Source: Gracilinanus agilis (lineage: Eukaryota). From it: DNA of 64,000 nucleotides. Both the position numbers and the translations under genes were made by a program. Location of the stretch: assembly GCF_016433145.1 (NCBI RefSeq), contig NC_058135.1, positions 298,610,694 to 298,674,693 of the forward strand. Direction: 5' to 3'. The notes beneath the pieces were generated by a model. The model was not told the origin of the DNA. It saw only the letters and a list, made by a program, of their open reading frames with translations, and searched no databases. Positions 56,881 through 64,000 of this stretch are shown here, piece after piece (position 1 is the first letter of the stretch; each line of letters opens with the position of its first letter).

Positions 56881-59240
56881 TTAGTGGAAGCTTTATTACT
56901 GGCCAGGAGGTGCTCTCTAATAGAGTCGCCCCCAACAGAAGTGTCATGCAGCTTTTAGAGGAGTTTGGATAGGCAGGAAACAAGTGGACTCAAACATTTC
57001 CATACATACATGCTGGGGGGGTGGGGGCGGCTGGGAGCTCTTCCTTCTGGCTCCGCCCTGACTTGGGCGCCCACTTCTCAGGTCAAGCCTGGTCCTTGTG
57101 ATGACCCAGTGGCCTGCCGTCTTCTCTCTCCCCTTCTGTGTCTCCCTCTGTCCCTCCCCCACCTCTGTCTCTCTTCTCCCCTCTGCACTTGGCCGTCTCG
57201 GGTTCCTCCGTCTCTCCCCCTCCCCCCCCCCTTTCCGGGTCTCTCCCTCAGGCTGCCCCGCCGGTCTCTGGTGACGGAGGGTAGCCGCTACCTGCACTGG
57301 GCAGCCTTCTCAGACCGCCTGCTCTCCTCATCGCTGGCCTCGGGAGGGCTCTGCTGCCATGGCAACCCCTGCCCGCGTCCCCTGGGCCTGAGCCTCTGCC
57401 GACTCCTTTCCTCCCGGAGGCCCCACGGGGGTTAAAGCAGCCAGCCCAGCTTCCAAAATGCGCGTCCCGGGCTGTTGGGCTCTACAAGGTTCTGGAGCAG
57501 CGGAGGCTCACCGTGCCTTCAGGAGGCGAACTGCAGTGAGGAAGACCTCGGGTCTCCGCTTTCCCGGGAGTCCTCCCAGCGTTCCCCGGCCACCCAGCCC
57601 CATTCCTTCCCCCCACCCCCCACCCCGTGAAGGGGGCCACTTCACAGCCCGAGGCCAGACACCCAGAAAGTCAACAATTGGAGCCATTATTTATTGCCTA
57701 AAAAGAAAATTAAACGTCCCACGTGACAAGGCAGTCCAAGCAGGGTTACAGGCTCCGAGGCCAGCCCGGCTCTTATTTGTCACGAGGAGTGAGACGTGAC
57801 ACCCGCAGACCACAGCGGGGCTTTGCTTTTCCCACGTGCCCCATGATGCCCCCAGTCAGCTCACCTGCTCACCTGCACTCCAGCCCTCCCTGGCTGTCTG
57901 TGCCTGCCCTGCTGGCTGACCTCCTGGGCTTAGCCCAGGGCCTGGCACACTCAGGATGCCCAGAGGAGAAGGGAGGAGAGCGGCAGGTGCAAGGGGAAAG
58001 GCCAGCCTGGCCGTTGGGATTTCCAGGGGGCCTGAGGGCTCAGGGGTGTTATAAAGAAGGTATCTTTGTCTACTATTCTAGTTATTATAGGGCATATTGA
58101 TCAGGGAAGCTGTGCCTTGGTCTCCCTTGATAGCTGGTGCAGGGATGCCCGAGGCCTGTCACTCAGCTGGATGGTATAATAACTGCCCTTCTCAATAACA
58201 GCACCCAGGAAGGATCCCTAAAGGTCAGTGGATGGGTAGCCCTTTCAGGTCCCACCTGGGGTTGGACTGATTGTGAATATTGGGCCCTGTTAGCCTTGGA
58301 TCACATTTTCATCTGACTGTGTTGCTCCCTCCCCAAGGGCTCTGATGTAATGACCACTCAGGAAGGTACTTAATCAACTTTATAAGGGAAAGGGATGATC
58401 AGGAACGGATTGGGGACAGGAGACCCTGTCACTGGTGGCTAGGATCACTAATCCCTCAGGCCAGCAGGCTGTTTCAGTAATGCTGGAGCTCTCCTTCCCT
58501 TCCTCGGGCTCAGCTTGGCCTCGGCCAAACCAGAGAAAGCAATCTGCTCGGCTGATGATTCGGATATCGCTGATCCCTCTCAGCTTCTTTCTGCCAGTTG
58601 TTGTGTCAGTGCTACAGCCCTCAGGAAACACCTCCCTCACCTCCCTCTGCTGCTTCTCCTTCCCTCTTCCCGGCTCCCTAAATGTCTAGTGATGGTTCAG
58701 ATGAGAACCAGAGGACCCACACAGGTCACTGCTCCAAGCTCAGATCAACGTCCCAGGCCAAGGGTCAAAGCCAAGGGCCTTGTCAGCTGGCTGTCAGGGA
58801 GGGTATTTATCTCCTCTGGCCAACCGCCTTTCCTCCTGTCCTCCAGCCTCGGGGAACATTCCACTGTCTTCACCTGTCAATCAAGGTGAGACTCACAACT
58901 CCCAGAGTTTGAGTAGGAGAAGCTGCTCCTGCCTACCAGCCCCGGGGCCGACCCAGACAAGGCCAGGCCTGCACTTCTCCCGAGGGCTGCCGGGTGGACA
59001 GCAGCCTGAGGGGATTCTGGTCTTCCGGAACTAGGAGGGGACCCTGGAGCAAGCTCAGGCCTAGGGCCAGCTTTGGGGCAAGCTCAGGGGGCGCACAGTG
59101 AGGGGAGGCTGCTGGGAGCCAGGGCCCAGCGCCCTCCCCAGCCTGGGACGGGGGGGGGGGGAACCCTCTGCGCCCAGCTCGAGCCCATCCCGCAGGCCCC
59201 GCTTCACCGGTTTCTGTTCTGGGAGAGGCTGGGCGGGCTC

Positions 59241-59254
59241 GGGAAATCGAAAGT
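59241..59254 (+). promoter_or_regulatory. ISRE/IRF element upstream of IFITM-B'
   Basis: GGGAAATCGAAAGT, identical to the arm 1 core. Confidence 0.75.
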
Positions 59255-59357
59255 TGGCAGAGGGGAGGTGGGCTGTGCGAGGAGGCCCCTCCCCCTGGCC
59301 GGCCTGCCTGCCCGCCGCCCAGGCAGCTCCTCACTCACTTTCCGAGGCTCCCGCGCC

Positions 59358-60940
59358 ATGGCCAGCACCCAGAGGCTCCCCCTTGGCCACATCAACGGCG
59401 CTTTCCCCCCCAGCTATGAGCTGCTCTCCGAGGAGGCCGAGCCCGCGGGCGGCTGCCGGACCTCCACCACCATCAACATCCGCTCCTGTGATCCGCCCCC
59501 GAAGGACTTCTTTGTCTGGTCCTTGTTCAACGCCCTCTACATGAACTTCTGCTGCCTGGGCATCGCGGCGCTCGCCTTCTCCGTGAAGGTAGGCGGCGGG
59601 GTGGGGGAGGGGGGGCCACGTGCGCCAGTGCCGGCGCGTGAGCCGGAGAGAGACCGAGAGGCAGAGGGAGGGCGGGAGGGAGAGGGAAGAGAGACACAGA
59701 CAGAGAGAGATACAGACACAGACAGAGACAGAGAGAGACAGAGACGGAGACGGAGAGAGACACAGACAGAGACAGAGGCAGAGGGAGGGCGGGAGGGAGN
59801 NNNNNNNNNNNNNNNNNNNNNNNNNNNNNNNNNNNNNNNNNNNNNNNNNNNNNNNNNNNNNNNNNNNNNNNNNNNNNNNNNNNNNNNNNNNNNNNNNNNN
59901 NNNNNNNNNNNNNNNNNNNNNNNNNNNNNNNNNNNNNNNNNNNNNNNNNNNNNNNNNNNNNNNNNNGGAGGGAGNNNNNNNNNNNNNNNNNNNNNNNNNN
60001 NNNNNNNNNNNNNNNNNNNNNNNNNNNNNNNNNNNNNNNNNNNNNNNNNNNNNNNNNNNNNNNNNNNNNNNNNNNNNNNNNNNNNNNNNNNNNNNNNNNN
60101 NNNNNNNNNNNNNNNNNNNNNNNNNNNNNNNNNNNNNNNNNNNNNNNNNNNNNNNNNNNNNNNNNNNNNNNNNNNNNNNNNNNNNNNNNNNNNNNNNNNN
60201 NNNNNNNNNNNNNNNNNNNNNNNNNNNNNNNNNNNNNNNNNNNNNNNNNNNNNNNNNNNNNNNNNNNNNNNNNNNNNNNNNNNNNNNNNNNNNNNNNNNN
60301 NNNNNNNNNNNNNNNNNNNNNNNNNNNNNNNNNNNNNNNNNNNGAGAGACCGAGAGGCAGAGGGAGGGCGGGAGGGAGAGGGGAGAGAGACACAGACAGA
60401 GACAGAGACAGAGAGAGACAGACAGAGACGGAGAGAGACAGAGAGACAGGCAGAGACAGAGACAGAGACGGAGAGAGACCGAGAGAGACAGAGGCAGAGG
60501 GAGGGNNNNNNNNNNNNNNNNNNNNNNNNNNNNNNNNNNNNNNNNNNNNNNNNNNNNNNNNNNNNNNNNNNNNNNNNNNNNNNNNNNNNNNNNNNNNNNN
60601 NNNNNNNNNNNNNNNNNNNNNNNNNNNNNNNNNNNNNNNNNNNNNNNNNNNNNNNNNNNNNNNNNNNNNNNNNNNNNNNNNNNNNNNNNNCGAGCGGCTG
60701 AGCTGGAAATCGGCCCCCGGCCTCTCACTAACCCCGGCTGCCTCTCGTCCCCCCGCCCAGGCCAGAGACCGGAAGGTGGTGGGGGACCTGGATTCAGCGC
60801 GGAGCTACGGGTCCACCGCCAAGTGCCTTAACATCTTCGCCCTGATCTTCTCCCTCCTCATGCTCGCAGTGCTGGCCACGGTTTTGATCTTGGGACTCAT
60901 CGGCCTGGCCCAGAGGCAGCAGCTATTCCCCCGCAATTGA
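59358..60940 (+). CDS. IFITM family gene B' (IFITM3-like, intact PPxY/YxxL motif), 136 aa
   Basis: Exons 59358-59588 and 60761-60940. Protein: [142 protein letters not shown] at about 61028. Confidence 0.93.
59645..60690. repeat. (GA/CAGA)n-rich microsatellite with N gaps in the IFITM-B' intron
   Basis: Mirror of 45541-46575, with N runs of 167, 369 and 185 nt. Confidence 0.85.
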
Positions 60941-63900
60941 GTTGCCCCGCCCCGCCCCGCCCCCTCCTCGCGCTGGGAGCGGCGCCCCCTCCGCTGGCCC
61001 GTCTCCCCGCGGCGCCCCGCTGAATGCAATAAAGGACCCTGTTTCCAGGCTTCTCCTCTTCCTGCTCCCGCTGTCCCTGCGCCCCGGCCCGGGAAGGGAG
61101 GCGAGGGCGGGGCGGGGCGGGGCGGGGCGGGGCTCCCCAGGCCCCTCCCCTCAGGTAGTTGCTCCGGAAGCCAGGAGAGGGATGGGGGGGATCCCGACCC
61201 AGGCTCCCGGGCTCCCGGGCTGCTGCCCTCGGAACCCGCAGGCCTCCTTTCGGGGCTCGGCTTGCCGCGGGCCCTTCGGAGAGGGTTGGAAGCCGGAGCT
61301 CCGGCCCTGGCCGGAGAGGTGGCCCGGCAGGAAGGGCAGCTCCCTGGAGGCCTGGCGTGGGCCTGACCGGAACCTGCAGCTCAGCCTCCGGCCCTTTATA
61401 GAGGCGGGTCACATGACCCTCCGGGCAGACACCCCGGGCCAGGCGAGGCGAGGCCCGGCCCGGATAAGGGGGGCCCCAGGAAGGAGCGAGGCCGGCCCGC
61501 CAGAGGGGCTGGGAGGCTTCCCGCAGCAGAGAGGACTTGGAGGAGGGCAGGGAGGAGGCCGGGGCCTGCGAGGCTCTGAGGGCTCCGAAGGCCAGGAAGA
61601 GGCTTTGGAGCCGGAGGGCGGAGCTTGAGATGTCCAGTGGGAGGTCCGGCCCACCGGAGGGGGAGGGGGAGGGGGAGGAGAGCCGGGCCCGAGGGCGGAG
61701 CAGAGAGAGGCCTGCCCGCAGGAGGCTTAGCCTCAGAGGGCAGCCGAGATCACGGCGGAGAGCCCAGGGAGGTGGGCACGAGAGCATGTGTGTGGAGGCG
61801 ACACCGGAACGGCATCCCGTGAGCAGGCGGAGCCAGGAGGGAGGCACAAAGGAGGGAGGACCAGGTGGCGGCAGGCCCCGAGTGAGGGAGAGGCGGGGCT
61901 TCCCGATCTGAGCCACAATTTTTTTCTGGAAAATGTGAAGCAAGGACCAGCTGGGGGGGAGGGGGAGGGGGAGCTAGGGGAATTCTGAGGAGGGAAGAGA
62001 AGGTGTGGAAGGGCAGCCATGCAGAGCCGGAGAGGGGCGAGGTGTGTCCACTTGCAGTAGACCCAGGCAGAAGGAGGGCCTGATTTTCCACCTCCCTTCA
62101 GTAGCACGCGGGAGGGCAGGAAGTTGATATCAGGAGGCTGGACGTCTGGGTGACGTGATAAAGTGACGTGGGAAAGGGGGGAGGAATGCAAGACAGTGTC
62201 CAGTCCAATGGAACTGGTTCTCCAAGGGCTCGGGGCGGGCAGAAGAGGAGAGAGTGCCGCTCAGGTGGTCTGCGAGAGAATCAAAGGGCCAGAGAACCAC
62301 GGGAGGGCGAAGAGCAGGGAAGTGTGAAGAGGAGGCCGGGGAGAGGGGAAGGGCCAGCCGAGGGGGGCTGCGGGAGAGAAGCCCAGAATTTCGCTGGGGC
62401 ACGTCGGTGGGAGCCGCAAGATCAAAGGTGAGGTGGAGTGGGGGGAGGAGTAGCTCCTAGAACCCGGGTGGTTAGGGTGCTCCAGGGAGGGAGAGTCTCT
62501 GCAGACACTGAGGTCCCCTGGATGGAGGCCAGGAGGCCAGGAAGAAAGAGGCCCATTGAGCTTACTGAGTCATGGAGAAAGGGGGAGCCCTGGAAGTGGC
62601 AGTGGGTAGATGGGAGCCTTCCAGTTCCCCCTCCTTGACCAGGGAGCCAAGAAGAGGGAGTGAAGGAGCAGAAGGGGGATGGCTTAAGATGGAGGGAGGT
62701 TCCTTGCCTCTGGCCCAGGCATTCCAGAGGGCACAGCAGAAGGGCTGGGTGGAGTTAGGCTGAAACTGGAGAGGGAGGATTAAGGGGGATGAGAATGAGG
62801 AACTTGGGGGGGGGGAGGGGGAGGGGAGGGTTTCAGCATGCTCTGCAGGGGTTCAGTCACAGGGTTGGGAAGGGTGTGACCAGGCTCAAGAATGGTCATC
62901 ACTGCCCACTGTCACTGCGCACCGTGCGCCACTCCTCTACACTCCAAGGAAAGGTGTGGCGGGAGGCAGGGGGCTCGGAGCTCCTCTTCGAACTGGGGGT
63001 CTCCACGTCCCATTTGGGAGACTGGAGGGAAGCAGGATGTGGGAGATGCTGTGCCTGCCCACAGCAGCCTTTCCTCAGGGAACCTGTGGGCCTGCAGGCT
63101 CAGGGTGTGGGGACTCCATGGAGAGGGCGCCTATTGTTTCCAGTGAGGAGGGCAGAGAAGCTGAAAGAAGAGAAAAGAGGAGAGGCCGCTGCCAGCAGCA
63201 TGAAGACCGGGATGGGGATGGGGAGGGACCCTGGTAAAAGATGGGCCGCGGATGGCGCAAAGTTCATCTGGGGGTCACAGTTCCAGCCACAGGCCTTAGC
63301 ACCACACGGTGGTTCCGCATCAGCTGCGGATGCCCTTCTCTCAGTGGGAATGGCTTCCAGGAGGCCTGCAGGTCTGCTTCCTTTGGGGAGGGGCCCTTCT
63401 CATCAGGCTTGCAGCTGAAACCTTCCCTTTCCAATGGGAGCTCCTGGCTTGGTACTTCGCAAACCCTACCAGTGCCCTGGAAGGTCCTTTTGGGCAGCCT
63501 CTTCGGAGCTCTGTTCCCTGCTGCCGAGTGTCCTCTGGAGCCGGGCGGAGCAAGGCGCTGCTGGGGCCCCTGAGCCTCGGATGGATCTTTCTATGACTTG
63601 GATGCAAGGAGGGCCTCACAGGGCTTCTCTGAAAGCTCTCCAGCTCACCTCTGACCTTCCCAAGCTGCAGCCCCCAGGACTGAGGCTGAGCAGGGCCGGG
63701 GCCTCCCTCCCAGAGGCTAGGCTTCTCCCCCAAGGCAGCCCGAGATCCTGTGTGCTTTCTTGGCAGCCAGGTCTCGCAGCTGACTCCTTCCTCCAGGGCT
63801 TGACTCCCAACCCCTGCTCATTTTCAGGGGTGCTAATAGCCTTGGCCCAAACCCAGGTTCATGGATTGGGGACTCCCCAAAGACCATATGGATGTTGGAT

Positions 63901-64000
63901 CCTCAACAAGCAGGCATTGAGTCCCTCCATCTGCCCAGAGACTTTATCTGTGTAAAATTAAAATTAAATATCCAAATACTCCAAGTATTATTTTTATAAT

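Larger units (their letters stand above)
58047..63768 (-). repeat. Segmental duplication arm 2 (~5.7 kb), inverted copy of 42458-48150
   Basis: See arm 1. Confidence 0.95.

Noticed and set aside
57690-57960. Minus-strand AATAAA (57690-57695) and tandem donors (cag|gtgagcag|gtgagc) as an LTR-driven transcript
   Set aside because: No acceptor, ORF or TSS evidence; motifs this short occur by chance.
63950-64000. AT-rich end of the window as the start of another element
   Set aside because: Only about 50 bp are visible, too little to classify.

Overview
This is vertebrate genomic DNA, very probably from a marsupial (likely an opossum), judging by Mar1/MIR-type SINEs and a marsupial-type L1 3' end. 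It is a GC-rich, gene-dense block syntenic with human 11p15.5, read in reverse order: RNH1(+), PTDSS2(-, 3' part), ANO9(+), SIGIRR(+), PKP3(-, 3' part), an IFITM1-like gene(+), an IFITM3-like gene(-), IFITM5(+), PGGHG(-, 3' part) and a second IFITM3-like gene(+). All exon models were built by hand from GT-AG sites and checked for phase. Three 500-N scaffold joins hide the 5' parts of PTDSS2, PKP3 (and presumably B4GALNT4) and PGGHG. Main findings: (1) A ~5.7 kb near-identical duplication (42458-48150 / 58047-63768, inverted as assembled) carries two IFITM3-like genes. One keeps the PPxY/YxxL trafficking motif (PPSYELL, Tyr at position 20 as in human IFITM3); the other has lost it (PPSSKLL). 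(2) IFITM5 keeps an in-frame ACG at -15 in strong Kozak context, the same codon that the osteogenesis imperfecta type V mutation converts to ATG in human. (3) A candidate spliced, in-frame, Arg-rich N-terminal extension of RNH1. (4) Orphan promoter-like elements inside the IFITM cluster. No prokaryotic features, CRISPR arrays, tRNA or rRNA genes were seen. Comparisons with human proteins and repeat consensuses are from memory, not from database searches.
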